A stretch of 64,000 nucleotides of DNA from Bacteroidota bacterium (GCA_021156365.1 JAJNDK010000004.1:255137-319136); one strand, 5' to 3'. Positions 20,377 to 31,398 are shown, counted from the first letter of the stretch. The notes: generated from the letters alone by a model not told the origin. Made by a program: numbers and translations.

Positions 20377-20429
20377 AACAAAAACAGCCCTTACGATCGG
20401 TAAGGACTGTTTTTCGGGTTTTCAGTTGT

Positions 20430-21674
20430 TTAGTATTTTGCTTTTCCTTTCAGGTTCACTTTCTTTTTAGCGGCTTGTTTTTTTACATTTTCGTATACCT
20501 GGTTCTCAAAAGAAGTTTCCACTTCCGCTTTGCTCTTTTTACTCAGCTCTTTGTCAATATAGGATTTGCGTTTTTCCACCAGCACTTTCATTTCTTTGTT
20601 GATGCTGTCGCGGCGTACCACCATTTTATCCAGGTATATTTTTTTCTGTTTCTCATCCATTTTGGCTACTTCCGCGGGGAGCTGTGCCGGCTTTATATCA
20701 GCGATCTTTACTTTACCTGCTTTGTAATCGTTTACCAGCTCATTTGTTCCGTAATAGGCCGTATTCCCGGAAGTGGTGGTGATGTTGTATTCAGCACGGC
20801 GTGCGGCAGTGGAAACGGATGTGCCTCCTTTCAGCTTGGTGCTTTGAACCTGCTTGCTCACGTTTTTTTGCGTGTATTCTGCTGTTCCGTAATACATCCG
20901 CGTTTGGTCCATTTGGTCGGATAGCTTTGCAATACTGTCATCATAGGGAGTAGCCACCACAAGGTTGTTGGCATTCATATTCACCTGCATAAATTCTCCC
21001 TGCGAGCAGTTAGCTATTTCGTGCCAGACCTTTTTGGCTACTAAATCATTTCCCATCAAAATGGTATTAAGCACGATGTCCTTTCCTTTTGCGATCTCGC
21101 AGGTTTTCGGATATTTTACATCATCCTGGTAATCCATGTGCGGAGGACAATCACCTACTAGGAAAACAGTTTTATAGGTAGTGGTGTCGTTGTTCCAGCC
21201 CATTTTGGTAACGGCTTCATACAATCCCTGGTTCACACTTTCCGGCGAATCACCCCCGCCGTCTGCCGTGATGCTCATCAGATGTTCATATACATTATCC
21301 ATGTCGTTCGATAGCTGTACCTGTTTTGTAATGAATTTGTCGCCTTTGTCGCGGTAAAAGATCAGTCCCATTTCTACGATGGTATTAGTATCGGACTGGG
21401 TGAAGCTGCTGGCAATGGACCAGATCTTTTCTTTGGCGGTGCCGATCAACCCGCTCATGCTTCCGGTGGCATCGAGTGCAAAAACCACCTGTACTTTTTT
21501 CTCCGGTGCAAGGGTAGCAGTGCCACTACCGAGCGTGTCGGGCCCGGCATTCAGACTGGGTTTTTTCATCCCGGGTTCGGGCAGGGCCGGATTGGTTGCA
21601 TACATTCCGGCAAGTGTGAAGCCGGCAAATAGAATGGCCGCGAACACGGCATGTTTTGGCTGGATTTGCATGGT
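20430..21674 (-). CDS. von Willebrand factor type A domain protein with C-terminal coiled coil
   Basis: signal/transmembrane segment, vWA MIDAS motif VVFALDATGSMSG, Lys-rich coiled-coil tail. Confidence 0.65.
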   Translation of the reverse strand, partial: TMQIQPKHAVFAAILFAGFTLAGMYATNPALPEPGMKKPSLNAGPDTLGSGTATLAPEKKVQVVFALDATGSMSGLIGTAKEKIWSIASSFTQSDTNTIVEMGLIFYRDKGDKFITKQVQLSNDMDNVYEHLMSITADGGGDSPESVNQGLYEAVTKMGWNNDTTTYKTVFLVGDCPPHMDYQDDVKYPKTCEIAKGKDIVLNTILMGNDLVAKKVWHEIANCSQGEFMQVNMNANNLVVATPYDDSIAKLSDQMDQTRMYYGTAEYTQKNVSKQVQSTKLKGGTSVSTAARRAEYNITTTSGNTAYYGTNELVNDYKAGKVKIADIKPAQLPAEVAKMDEKQKKIYLDKMVVRRDSINKEMKVLVEKRKSYIDKELSKKSKAEVETSFENQVYENVKKQAAKKKVNLKGKAKY

Positions 21675-22046
21675 GGTTATTTTGGAACAAGTATAGAGCT
21701 CCGAACTCCTTTTTAGAACCTGCACTTAGCCAAACAGCGTTTTGACTTAGTGAAAGAGATGAATGGGTTGTGTATCAGTTTGAGCTAAAGAGTTTAGACA
21801 CAGATTGCACGGATGGCTCAGATATTAGTTATGAGTGTAATTTTCACGGATTATCTGTTTTAATTTTAACAATTGCATATCTGTCTGTGCAATCAGCGAA
21901 ATCTGTGTCTGTATTCAAACTGATACACTACCGATAAACGGAAAGGTTTTCAAATATTGATCCCATTGCGTACCTTTATATAAAATGGAGAGCTACCCTC
22001 CTGGAACGAAATTTTCAGGGGGCTTTTTTATGCAGTACATTGAAAT

Positions 22047-23888
22047 ATGAGCAGAAGAAGAAAGAGTGTTGTAATGTGTTTGTTTTTCTGTTTCCTGTGT
22101 TTTTTTTCGCAGGCACAGGAACCTGCTGATTCTTTGGCCAATTGTACGGTAAAGGATTCGCTGCAGATGTACAAAAAGATCAAGTCCTTTATGTATAAAC
22201 GGAAATTTACACGCCTCGTGTATGATGCCGTATTCAGGGATCCGGAACCCAAAGAATATCCGAAAGCCCCGGAGACTGCTGAAAAAAACGTAAACCCTTA
22301 CCTTGTGTATAATGGATTTGTGATCCAGAAGATCCAGATCACTGTTTACGATCCTTTCGGGTTTTCACTTACCGATACCTCGCAAAAAGATATAAAGCGA
22401 ATAGAACGCTGGGGAAACAAAACGCATATCCGCACCCGCAAATGGGTGATCAACAACAAACTCCTGTTCAAGGAAAGTGATACCATCAATGCCCTTGTGA
22501 TAAGTGAGACCGAACGTTTGTTACGTGCAGCTCCCTATGTGAATGATGCAAAGATCACCATGTTTGAGCAGGGCTGCGACAGTGTGATCGTGAATGTGGT
22601 GGTGCACGATAAATGGGCCATCACGATCCCTGCTGAGCTAACGGATGTAACGGCGAACGCCCGTTTCAGGAATTACAATATGATGGGACTGGGGCAGCAG
22701 TTCGAGCAATATGCCCGTTTCAAAAGACCGGACGACTGGTATTTCAGCGGATTCTATACGATCGCCAATCTCGACAATACCTATATTTCTTCTACGCTGG
22801 CCTATAGCAGGGGCAGGGATGGAACGGCCGTGAGCCTGAATTTCGACCGGCCTTTCTTTTCTCCACTGGCAAAGTGGGCAGGAGGCCTGACCGTTGGAAA
22901 AAACTGGAACTATTATTTTTATACGGATCCGGCTACTTCGGAAGAAAAAAAGACACCTGCCGACAATGCCTATTATGATGCATGGTTAGGAAAGAGCTTT
23001 AAGCTGAGTAAGGAACGGACTTTATTTAATCAGAGTACGAATATCATTGCCTCGGTCCGGTATTATAACTCCCTGTTCCAGCGGGTACCGGATGTGAGCG
23101 TTGCCCCGGCCTATTCGTACCGCAACAGCTGGGGTGTTCTGGCAAATGTAGGCCTGGCCGTGCAGCAGTATTACAAGGATCAGTATGTTTATCGCTTCGG
23201 TTCGAATGAAGATGTTCCCGAAGGCTTTATCGGGCAATTGGTATACGGCATCCAGGAAGTGGAACCATTAAGGCTCCGGCATTACATTGGTTTTGAAATA
23301 GCGAGGGCCAAACATTTTAATTTCGGATATCTTACCGGGACCTATGCGCAGGGTGTATTCTTCAACAGGAATATCTCCAACGATGCCACCTACAATGCGA
23401 AGCTGTATTATTTCAGCAACCTGCTCCGGAGCGGCAGATGGTATTTCAGGCAGTTTGTGAATTACAATTTCCTGCACGGGGAGAATAAGCAGTTCGGCGC
23501 AAAGATCACTTTGTCAGGGGATGAGCTGTATGGTTTTACCAGTGGCTCACTTAACGGGAATACAAAAATGCTCATGAACCTGGAAACGATCGCCTATGCA
23601 CCTTACAAATTAATAGGATTCAAATTTGCACCGGCCTTTCTTGCCGGTTATGGAATTATGGGTGATCCGCAAAACAAACTGACCAAGAGCAGGCTGTACC
23701 AGGGTTATTCCATTGCACTGATGATACGGAATGAAAATCTGTTGAACAGCACCTTCCAGGTTTCGGTGGGTTTGTATCCGTTTCTGCCCGATCACAAAGA
23801 TCCGGTACTCAAATACAATCCCGTGACGAGCTTTACTTTGCGTGTGCGTCCTTTTGTAATGGGGAGGCCGGAGTTTGTGGGGTATTGA
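22047..23888 (+). CDS. outer-membrane beta-barrel protein (Omp85/BamA-like?)
   Basis: signal peptide, POTRA-like N-terminal region, alternating-hydrophobic beta strands, C-terminal aromatic residue (..FVGY). Confidence 0.45.
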   Translation: MSRRRKSVVMCLFFCFLCFFSQAQEPADSLANCTVKDSLQMYKKIKSFMYKRKFTRLVYDAVFRDPEPKEYPKAPETAEKNVNPYLVYNGFVIQKIQITVYDPFGFSLTDTSQKDIKRIERWGNKTHIRTRKWVINNKLLFKESDTINALVISETERLLRAAPYVNDAKITMFEQGCDSVIVNVVVHDKWAITIPAELTDVTANARFRNYNMMGLGQQFEQYARFKRPDDWYFSGFYTIANLDNTYISSTLAYSRGRDGTAVSLNFDRPFFSPLAKWAGGLTVGKNWNYYFYTDPATSEEKKTPADNAYYDAWLGKSFKLSKERTLFNQSTNIIASVRYYNSLFQRVPDVSVAPAYSYRNSWGVLANVGLAVQQYYKDQYVYRFGSNEDVPEGFIGQLVYGIQEVEPLRLRHYIGFEIARAKHFNFGYLTGTYAQGVFFNRNISNDATYNAKLYYFSNLLRSGRWYFRQFVNYNFLHGENKQFGAKITLSGDELYGFTSGSLNGNTKMLMNLETIAYAPYKLIGFKFAPAFLAGYGIMGDPQNKLTKSRLYQGYSIALMIRNENLLNSTFQVSVGLYPFLPDHKDPVLKYNPVTSFTLRVRPFVMGRPEFVGY

Positions 23889-24009
23889 TTTAAAAATACA
23901 CTGTCACGTCGAGTGCCCTCCCGATAGCTCGCGAGGCTTCGCGACGGGACCGCGGTGTTCGCGAAGCCTCGCGAGAGACGCTTACGAGTTTATTTTAGAG
24001 TGTAAAAAA

Positions 24010-25074
24010 TTATATAGAATAAAATTCCTCTCTCAATTCTATCAATAACTCTTCCGCTACTTTCACATCGGGCTCTTCCGGCAGTGAGCTTTTTTCATAG
24101 AGCGCATCTATGTTATATACTTTCTCATTGGCCAGTGCTACCAGCTCTTCGTATTGAAAAGCACCGGAGCGGATCTTCAGCAGGAATTCACGATCAGTAC
24201 GCCGTACGTTGATAGTATTTTCCTTTGCGATCTCTTCGGCCATATTCAGCAGGCGGAAGGTATGCATCATGTTTTTGGCATCGTAATTTTTTCCGTGATC
24301 CACTGTGTTCTCGTAACGCGCTTCGTTCCGTTTGTCTACCCATTCCCAGTAAGACTTGTAATCTTTGCAGTATTTGGAATAACCGTCTTTGTTGAAGCTC
24401 ATCGTAGCAAGCGAATCCACGTTTTTCGGAACGGAGCTCAGGGAAATATCATTCGCTTCCGGCCCGGAAGAAATACCTTTCAGGTATCCTTCTTCTATCT
24501 GTGAATTGTGGAAGACTGTATATACATCGTGCATATGCGGCACGTTCACCAATCCGCAATCCTCCTGTTTGAATCCGTTTTTTCGCAGCCAGGAAGAAAG
24601 AATTATAGCGCCCTGCCCGGAAACCACGTAACAAAAATCAAGAATGGATTTGCGTTCCTTCTCCACCGGGTTAACGATCTTTTTATTGAGGCCTTTCGCT
24701 TTTTTGATCTGCGATTGTGCATAACCGGCAAAGGTTTGTTTGCAGAGCTTCGACAGGAACAATTCCGGTTTGATCCGTTCCATCAGTTTATGTTTGTGAA
24801 GCACACAGTCTGCCGGTGTTGCCAGCAATTCCAGGATATTCGGATTGTTTTTCGTCAACAGATCGATAAAACGTTTCAGCTCATAATATACAATGTCGTT
24901 GCTTTCGTTGTTTACCTGTTCAGTATATTCTAAACCATAGAAGGTTCGTTTCGGAAGTACGAACACTCCTTTAATATCTGTATCGGAAGTGGGCGTGGCA
25001 AGTCCGTATGCCCGGCTGCCGCTGATGCATTTCAGGAGAAGGGAATTGTTGGTGTCTATATCTTTAAGGTTCAT
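24010..25074 (-). CDS. Pol-beta superfamily nucleotidyltransferase (RNA 3'-end repair or CD-NTase-like; start taken at MNLKDID)
   Basis: GS...D.D catalytic motif (CISGSRAYGLATPTSDTDIKGVFV); last gene of the Rnl1-Pnkp operon. Confidence 0.55.
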   Translation of the reverse strand: MNLKDIDTNNSLLLKCISGSRAYGLATPTSDTDIKGVFVLPKRTFYGLEYTEQVNNESNDIVYYELKRFIDLLTKNNPNILELLATPADCVLHKHKLMERIKPELFLSKLCKQTFAGYAQSQIKKAKGLNKKIVNPVEKERKSILDFCYVVSGQGAIILSSWLRKNGFKQEDCGLVNVPHMHDVYTVFHNSQIEEGYLKGISSGPEANDISLSSVPKNVDSLATMSFNKDGYSKYCKDYKSYWEWVDKRNEARYENTVDHGKNYDAKNMMHTFRLLNMAEEIAKENTINVRRTDREFLLKIRSGAFQYEELVALANEKVYNIDALYEKSSLPEEPDVKVAEELLIELREEFYSI

Positions 25075-25124
25075 ACTACTAAATGTATAGAAATAAGTCC
25101 GGAAAATATCCGGGCTTATTTCTT

Positions 25125-26000
25125 TTAAAAATCTCCATAAAACACCTGGAAACATGGCAGACCAAGGTCGTTACGCCACATATCCACTACCTGGTTACGG
25201 TCGTCCAGGCAGAACTCGATGAAGTACTTGTTCGCGATCTCCTTATCGAAGATCTCGCGTTTGATGATGGAATCCTTACGCATGTCCTTAAAACGACGCA
25301 TCAGGAGCAGATCGAATTCCACCTCGTGGTTCTTCAGCCAGTTCAGTGTCTGCGGTTTATGCACATCCTGGCGTCCCGATAAAAGGATGATCGTATATCC
25401 TAACTTTTTATAGTTCTTCAATACATTCAACACCGGGTTGTTCGGCAGATCTTTCTCACAGGTAGCGGCATCGAATGGATTTCGTCCGTTCATGATACAG
25501 AGGGTTCCGTCAAGGTCGCAGAGGATCGCTTTCGGTAAAGATGCATCCTGCTCTGCATATTTCAGCTCTTTACGATAAAATTGTTTTTCCATATTCTTAA
25601 TTACTTTTTCACCTACCGGTTTCGAACGAGCAGCATCGCGCTTTATACACTCTTCCACCGTCGTGTCCATTTCTTTTACTTCCACTTCTATTTGTTCATC
25701 ATTGTTGTTTTTGCTGAACTCACGCACTAACTGGCGGATGCGTGTTTCATTCGTGGAACTCAGGTTGGTATCGTCCACGATCACGCTTTTTCCTTCTTCA
25801 AGGGCTTTCATGATCAGGAGGTCGCGTACTTTTTTTACAAACTTTTCATTTTTGTCAGATGTAAAGCCGTTGTCGAACATCATACGCAGGTCGTCGCGGT
25901 TGATGCGTTTGTACATTTCAGGATTATCCGCTACCAGTTTTTTCGCATAAGTGGATTTACCGCTTCCGGGCAAACCACGCATTAATATCACTTTTTTCAT
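25125..26000 (-). CDS. pnkp: polynucleotide 5'-kinase/3'-phosphatase (T4 Pnkp-like)
   Basis: N-terminal P-loop kinase MKKVILMRGLPGSGKST (near-identical to the T4 Pnkp N-terminus), C-terminal HAD/DxDGT phosphatase motif ILCDLDGTL. Confidence 0.8.
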   Translation of the reverse strand: MKKVILMRGLPGSGKSTYAKKLVADNPEMYKRINRDDLRMMFDNGFTSDKNEKFVKKVRDLLIMKALEEGKSVIVDDTNLSSTNETRIRQLVREFSKNNNDEQIEVEVKEMDTTVEECIKRDAARSKPVGEKVIKNMEKQFYRKELKYAEQDASLPKAILCDLDGTLCIMNGRNPFDAATCEKDLPNNPVLNVLKNYKKLGYTIILLSGRQDVHKPQTLNWLKNHEVEFDLLLMRRFKDMRKDSIIKREIFDKEIANKYFIEFCLDDRNQVVDMWRNDLGLPCFQVFYGDF

Positions 26001-26022
26001 ATTCAAATTCTTTATTTCTTTT

Positions 26023-27045
26023 TTAATTTTCTTCCGCATTGTTCTGGAACGGGCGCTCATACTCTGGTTTCAGCATTTTCCAGATCACACGTGAATGGTC
26101 TTTTTTATCTAACATCGCAAACAATACCTGTGGGTATTTGCAGGTTTGGAAGTATATGGCAGTTTCTTTACGGTCTTCCAGCTCTTTGTACTCTGCTTTT
26201 GCCACTGCTTCAATTTCTGCAAAGTTCGCATGCATACGGTCCACTGTTTCACGCACCCAGTTAAAGAATTCATCCGGCACACGTTCCAGCACTTCGTTCA
26301 ATGGCTTGTTCTCTTTCAGGTATTCCCAGATGTTGAGGGAAGAAACCTGTGTAACAACACGGTGGATACGTACATAATCATCAAATTTCACTTTGTAACG
26401 GATACCACCTTCGAATTTGATCACAAAACCTTCCTTGTTCTCTTCTTCCAGCTCTTTTAAGGCCTGCAGGCTGTTGATCCCGTCATAACGCTTCACCAAA
26501 GTGAACCCGATATCCGAAAGCGGAACATCCTTGCCTGTTGCATTGTCGGTGATCGCCAGTAATACCAGGTCTTCCTGTTCGCCGTAGTTTACCACGATAC
26601 GGTTCTCCGGATAAATGATCTCGAACAGGTAGGTTTTGGTTTTATCCAGCAATGAAAAGGTATGCGCATATTTTTCATGCAGCATTTCTGTTGCCTTTAC
26701 CGATTGTTTGCTGGTGAAGGAACCACGGGTTGCAATGGCAGGTTTATCATCGTTCCAGTACAGGATACCTAATGAACCATCCATTTTCTCATAGACCTCG
26801 AATTTTTCGTTCGGGATCTCCTGGTTCTCGTGCTCACCCAGGTTGAAGAATTTGGTAAAAGGGCGGGCTACTACTGAAAAATTTTCATCCATGATCAGGC
26901 CACGGCACTGCAAAGTAACTTCATTCCATACACGCTCGAACTGTGCCGATTGTGTATAATTGTAAATGAAGAGTTTTTCGTTCGGGTGCTTTTGTGTTAC
27001 CACGTACCCTTCGGCCATCATTTTGTTCAGTAGTTCTGTGTTCAT
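26023..27045 (-). CDS. ATP-dependent RNA ligase, T4 Rnl1-like
   Basis: nucleotidyltransferase motif I KxDG (YEKMDGSLGILY), similar length to T4 Rnl1; start taken at MNTELLNK. Confidence 0.75.
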   Translation of the reverse strand: MNTELLNKMMAEGYVVTQKHPNEKLFIYNYTQSAQFERVWNEVTLQCRGLIMDENFSVVARPFTKFFNLGEHENQEIPNEKFEVYEKMDGSLGILYWNDDKPAIATRGSFTSKQSVKATEMLHEKYAHTFSLLDKTKTYLFEIIYPENRIVVNYGEQEDLVLLAITDNATGKDVPLSDIGFTLVKRYDGINSLQALKELEEENKEGFVIKFEGGIRYKVKFDDYVRIHRVVTQVSSLNIWEYLKENKPLNEVLERVPDEFFNWVRETVDRMHANFAEIEAVAKAEYKELEDRKETAIYFQTCKYPQVLFAMLDKKDHSRVIWKMLKPEYERPFQNNAEEN

Positions 27046-27099
27046 TTTCGTAGTTTTAAATATACTTGTTATTTCCAACGATACAAAGGTGAAATGGAA

Positions 27100-27120
27100 C
27101 TGCGCAATCGAACTGCGTAG
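27100..27120. promoter_or_regulatory. palindromic operator CTGCGCAA-N5-(C)TGCGTAG upstream of the Rnl1-Pnkp-NTase operon
   Basis: ctgcgcaatcgaactgcgtag, 55-75 bp upstream of the Rnl1 start; same motif at 33156, 33257, 37392 and 37504. Confidence 0.6.
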
Positions 27121-27274
27121 ATAAAAATAATTTGTTAAAAAAATCACGAATCACTCAAAAAAGCCTGTTTCTGAGTAATTTAAACAGCAGGCCCGGATCG
27201 GAATTAAGAATTAATTTTTGTATTTTTATGTATATACCACCGTTATAGCATCAAAACACAGCAATTCAAAACCT

Positions 27275-30200
27275 ATGAACAAAAATCTATCCTCCTTGTT
27301 ATTGCTGGCTGGTGTCGCTGCAATGACCTATGCACTCTTTTCCAAAAGTGACCCAGCGTCCGAGACTGACCTGGTGAGCGAAACACCGGATACAACAATG
27401 GTATTGCCTGCCGATCCTTCTACTTTTCCGGCTTTACTGGTCCACCGGATTGAAGGAGACAGTACTTCTGTGCCACTGCACATGAGCGGCCTGAAGCTGG
27501 ATGTAAAAGTAGTAGGGAATATTGCGCTTAGCACGATGGAGATGACTTTTTACAATGATCTCGATCGCGTGCTGGAAGGGGACCTGTGTTTTCCCTTAGG
27601 TGAGGGGCAGACCGTATCCGGATTCGGGATGGAAACGGATGGAGTAATGCGGGATGGCGTAGTGGTGGAAAAGGCAAAAGCACGGCAGGTTTTTGAATCT
27701 GTTGTGAGAAGAAGGATCGACCCGGGATTACTGGAATGGACGAAAGGGAATAATTTCAAAACACGTGTGTACCCTATTCCTGCACATGGAAGCAAACGTG
27801 TTCGCATCAGCTTCGAGCAGGAGCTGATCTCTACGGTCAGTGGTTTTGTTTACCTGCAACCGATGCTGTTTAAAGACAAGATCGAGAAATTCGATCTTCG
27901 CGCAGAGGTGATTCAGCAATCGGTAAAACCAAGGTCTTCGAAAAATGCAGTGTCCATAGAATTCGACGAGTGGAACAACTCTTGGGTGGCAGAAAAGCGC
28001 CTGGAGAATTTCACAGGTAATAAAGCCCTTTCATTTGAGATACCAAAGGCAGAAGATATGCAACGTATTTTTGTAGAGAACACCGGCTATTTTTATCTCA
28101 CACTTGATCCGGTTAAATACATCCGCCCTAAAAAACTGCCTTCTTCTGTGTGCCTGCTTTGGGATGTTTCGGGATCAGGGCTGAACCGCGACATTCAAAA
28201 GGAGGAAGCCTTGCTGGACGTTTATTTCAAGAAGCTACAAAATGCAGGTATTCATCTGGTGACCTTTAGTAATACTATTCATACGGAATCGGATTTTATT
28301 CTCAGCAAAGGAAACTGGCAGGCACTGAAGGAAGAGCTGGACAGACAGGTGTTTGATGGAGGCACACAGTTAGGTGCGATCGATCTGAAAAAATACAAAG
28401 CTGAGGAGATTCTCCTGTGCTCGGACGGGCTCAGCACTTTCGGCGATGCAGACATGAAGCTCTCAAAAATCCCGGTTAATGCTATTTGTTCCTCGCAGTC
28501 GGCCGATCATTCCATGTTGAAATACATTACGCAGGCAACGGGCGGACATTATATAAATGCGCTTTCTACTACAAACGAAGAAGCGATGAAGCTCATCGGT
28601 ACAGAATCGTATCGGTTCTTAGGAGCAAGCCCGGGTGTGGGAAGGGTTTCCCAATTGTATCCTTCCATTCCTACGGATTTCAACAGAACAATTGCTGTAG
28701 CAGGAAAGATAGAAAGCTCTTCAGCGGAAGTCACATTGAATTTCGGTTTCGGGGATGAGATCGTCTATTCGAAAAAAGTGCTTGTACATGCTGCAACGCA
28801 GATCAAAGACGGTTTTGTGAAAAAGCTGTGGGCGCAAAAAAAGATCAGCGAACTCGATATGCGCTACGAAAAAAACAAGAAGGAAATAACTGCATTGGGA
28901 AAAGAATGCTCGATCGTTACACGCAACACTTCTTTGCTGGTGCTCGACAGGCTGGAAGACTATATTCAGCATCATGTAGTTCCTCCACAAAAAGAATGGC
29001 AGGAACAATATTATACAGCTATAAATGAACAGGTCGAAAATGTTGCTGCCGACAAGAACGCTCATCTCGAAGAAGTGGTGCAGGCCTTTCAGCAACGGAT
29101 CGATTGGTGGAACACCAGCTTTAAGTACAGGAATTATAAGAAGGAGCAGAAACCAAAGGTTGCACCAACGGTGCGTTTTTCTAATCCTGTTGTAACAGAT
29201 GATGCAACGGAGACTGAAACGGCAGCTTCTGACACATTCCGGGCTTTCAGAGGAAATGGGTTTGCGACTGCAGACTCCGTTTCATTTACACCAGGACGTG
29301 TCAATGAAACTTCGAATAATCTTGTTAACGCCGAAACCCAGAACTCACCCGTTACCGGCTGGTCATACAATGATCCGCAGAACGGAGGATTTGACCATGT
29401 TCCTTACGAAGAACAGGAAACAACTGCCGGAACAGCTTACACCTGGAGCTTTAATGGAACATCGGACGGGACAGTCGCGAATCAGTCGGGAGCATATGCC
29501 ACAACGTTAAATACCACCAGTTATAATGTAACAGTAACGGATGCCAATGGAGCTACAATGGCTACAAGGTCGGCCAACTTTCGCATGGAAGCCGGAGTAG
29601 TATCGAAGATCAACCTGAAGGCCTGGGATCCGAAAACACCTTATATGGAAAAGCTCAAAAAAGCAAAAGAACAAAACAGGTATGCGACTTATCTGGATTT
29701 ACGGAAAACCTATAAGGATCAGCCCGCTTTCTTTCTCGATGCCGGAAACTACTTTATCGAAAAGGGAGATAAGACAAATGGTCTTCGGGTACTTTCCAAT
29801 CTTGCCGAGTTTAATACAGAAGATCATAAGGCACTTCGTGTGTTGGCACATAAGCTGCAACAGGCGGGTTTCACCGATCTTGCTATTGCAATGTTTAAAG
29901 AAGTATTGAAGATCCGGGAAGAAGAACCACAGTCTTATCGCGACCTTGGTCTTGCACTGGCTGATAAAAAAGAGTACCAGGGCGCAGTGGATATGCTCTG
30001 CAAAGTCGCGAATAAACGATGGGACAGCCGTTTTCCCGGGATCGAAGTACTTGCAGCCAATGAGATCAATTCCCTGATCGCCAGCAGCGGAGCGAAAGTA
30101 AAATTAGATTCTCTCGATAAACGCCTGATCAAACCAATGCCGGTGGATGTGCGGATCGTGATCAACTGGGAGTCGGACAATTGTGATATGGATCTATGGG

Positions 30201-30511
30201 TGACGGATCCTGTAGGAGAGCAATGCATGTACAACCACAATGAAACACAGAACGGCGGCAGGATCTCGCAGGATTTTACAGGAGGTTACGGTCCGGAGGA
30301 ATTCATTGTAAAAAAAGCGCTGAACGGAAAATACCTCGTTCAGGTCAATTATTACGGCACGCGCGAGCAAACACTTTTAGGACCAACAACAGTTCAGGCG
30401 GAGCTATATACCAATTACGGAAAACCGAATCAGAAAAAACAGGAAGTCACACTCCGGCTGAAAGAGGATAAGGAAGTAATTGATATCGGCGCATTGGCTT
30501 TTGGGAAATAG
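27275..30511 (+). CDS. VIT-vWA-TPR-DUF2135 large protein (YfaP-like C-terminus)
   Basis: transmembrane/signal segment, VIT domain (LKLDVKVVGNIALSTMEMTF...RVYPIPAHGSKRVRISFEQ), vWA (LLWDVSGSG), TPR-like helices, C-terminal DUF2135-like beta domain (VRIVINWESDNCDMDLWVTDP...YGPEEF). Confidence 0.7.
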   Translation: MNKNLSSLLLLAGVAAMTYALFSKSDPASETDLVSETPDTTMVLPADPSTFPALLVHRIEGDSTSVPLHMSGLKLDVKVVGNIALSTMEMTFYNDLDRVLEGDLCFPLGEGQTVSGFGMETDGVMRDGVVVEKAKARQVFESVVRRRIDPGLLEWTKGNNFKTRVYPIPAHGSKRVRISFEQELISTVSGFVYLQPMLFKDKIEKFDLRAEVIQQSVKPRSSKNAVSIEFDEWNNSWVAEKRLENFTGNKALSFEIPKAEDMQRIFVENTGYFYLTLDPVKYIRPKKLPSSVCLLWDVSGSGLNRDIQKEEALLDVYFKKLQNAGIHLVTFSNTIHTESDFILSKGNWQALKEELDRQVFDGGTQLGAIDLKKYKAEEILLCSDGLSTFGDADMKLSKIPVNAICSSQSADHSMLKYITQATGGHYINALSTTNEEAMKLIGTESYRFLGASPGVGRVSQLYPSIPTDFNRTIAVAGKIESSSAEVTLNFGFGDEIVYSKKVLVHAATQIKDGFVKKLWAQKKISELDMRYEKNKKEITALGKECSIVTRNTSLLVLDRLEDYIQHHVVPPQKEWQEQYYTAINEQVENVAADKNAHLEEVVQAFQQRIDWWNTSFKYRNYKKEQKPKVAPTVRFSNPVVTDDATETETAASDTFRAFRGNGFATADSVSFTPGRVNETSNNLVNAETQNSPVTGWSYNDPQNGGFDHVPYEEQETTAGTAYTWSFNGTSDGTVANQSGAYATTLNTTSYNVTVTDANGATMATRSANFRMEAGVVSKINLKAWDPKTPYMEKLKKAKEQNRYATYLDLRKTYKDQPAFFLDAGNYFIEKGDKTNGLRVLSNLAEFNTEDHKALRVLAHKLQQAGFTDLAIAMFKEVLKIREEEPQSYRDLGLALADKKEYQGAVDMLCKVANKRWDSRFPGIEVLAANEINSLIASSGAKVKLDSLDKRLIKPMPVDVRIVINWESDNCDMDLWVTDPVGEQCMYNHNETQNGGRISQDFTGGYGPEEFIVKKALNGKYLVQVNYYGTREQTLLGPTTVQAELYTNYGKPNQKKQEVTLRLKEDKEVIDIGALAFGK

Positions 30512-30519
30512 TCCGGGGC

Positions 30520-31065
30520 TTATTTCCGGACCGTATCCCATTTCCCAAAATGCTGCAGGAAGATCTTCGCAATATTCCGTGCATCATCGATCCCGCGGTG
30601 GTGTGTGCCCTCAAGTTCGATCTTTTCCATCCACAGTGCGCCTGCCATTCCGGTATGTTTTTTCAGGCCTTTGATCCCGGTGTACTGATGTTTGAGACTG
30701 ATATGCTTTTCGAGCCAGGAGGTTTCCAGTTCGTGGAGCTCGCAATCGTTCTTCAGCTGCACGCGGTCATAATGGCCCCAGCTGCAGAGCAGGTAATCTT
30801 CTGTACCAATCCAGTTTCTGAATTTTTTCAGCACTTCCGGGAATGTTTCCGCAGCATCTACCTGCTCCTGGGTGATAGTTGTGAGTTTGATGCAGAAAGG
30901 CGAAAGCTGTGTATCCAGTTTGGGTTTCACAAATGCACAGAATTCGCTTTCAATAATTTTGTTTTCGTTGATGCAAAGCGCACCGATCTCAATGATCTCG
31001 TTTTTCTTTGATGGATCCCTCGGCTCCCAACAGGAGGCTTCGAGATCGAGTATAATGTATTTCAT
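30520..31065 (-). CDS. DEDDh 3'-5' exonuclease (ERI-1/KapD-like)
   Basis: Exo I DLEAS, Exo II, Exo III H-x4-D (HHRGIDDARN); 181 aa. Confidence 0.75.
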   Translation of the reverse strand: MKYIILDLEASCWEPRDPSKKNEIIEIGALCINENKIIESEFCAFVKPKLDTQLSPFCIKLTTITQEQVDAAETFPEVLKKFRNWIGTEDYLLCSWGHYDRVQLKNDCELHELETSWLEKHISLKHQYTGIKGLKKHTGMAGALWMEKIELEGTHHRGIDDARNIAKIFLQHFGKWDTVRK

Positions 31066-31080
31066 AATTTTCTTTTTTTG

Positions 31081-31398
31081 TTATAATTCTTTTTCTTCTT
31101 GTTTGTATTCACAGCGAATAGCTTTGCCATAAATGATCTTCGTCCAGCCATTCTCGAATCCATGATTGTTGGCGATCAGGAAGCCTTTATTCGTGTCTGT
31201 TTGAACGATCTTATGTGCATCTATGAAACGTCCTCTCACCTTGCAAAATACAATATCACCAATTTCATAGTGTTCAGCCTTTGTAAAGGTAAGCAGCGAA
31301 CCGCTTTTTAAAATGGGTAACATAGAATTGCCGAAGCATTTCATGGAACCTGTTCCTGTATTTTCTAATTCTTCTTTTAATCGTAAATATTTATTCAT
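31081..31398 (-). CDS. stand-alone S24-family (LexA/UmuD-like) peptidase domain protein
   Basis: GNSMLP Ser motif plus downstream Lys; 105 aa. Confidence 0.5.
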   Translation of the reverse strand: MNKYLRLKEELENTGTGSMKCFGNSMLPILKSGSLLTFTKAEHYEIGDIVFCKVRGRFIDAHKIVQTDTNKGFLIANNHGFENGWTKIIYGKAIRCEYKQEEKEL

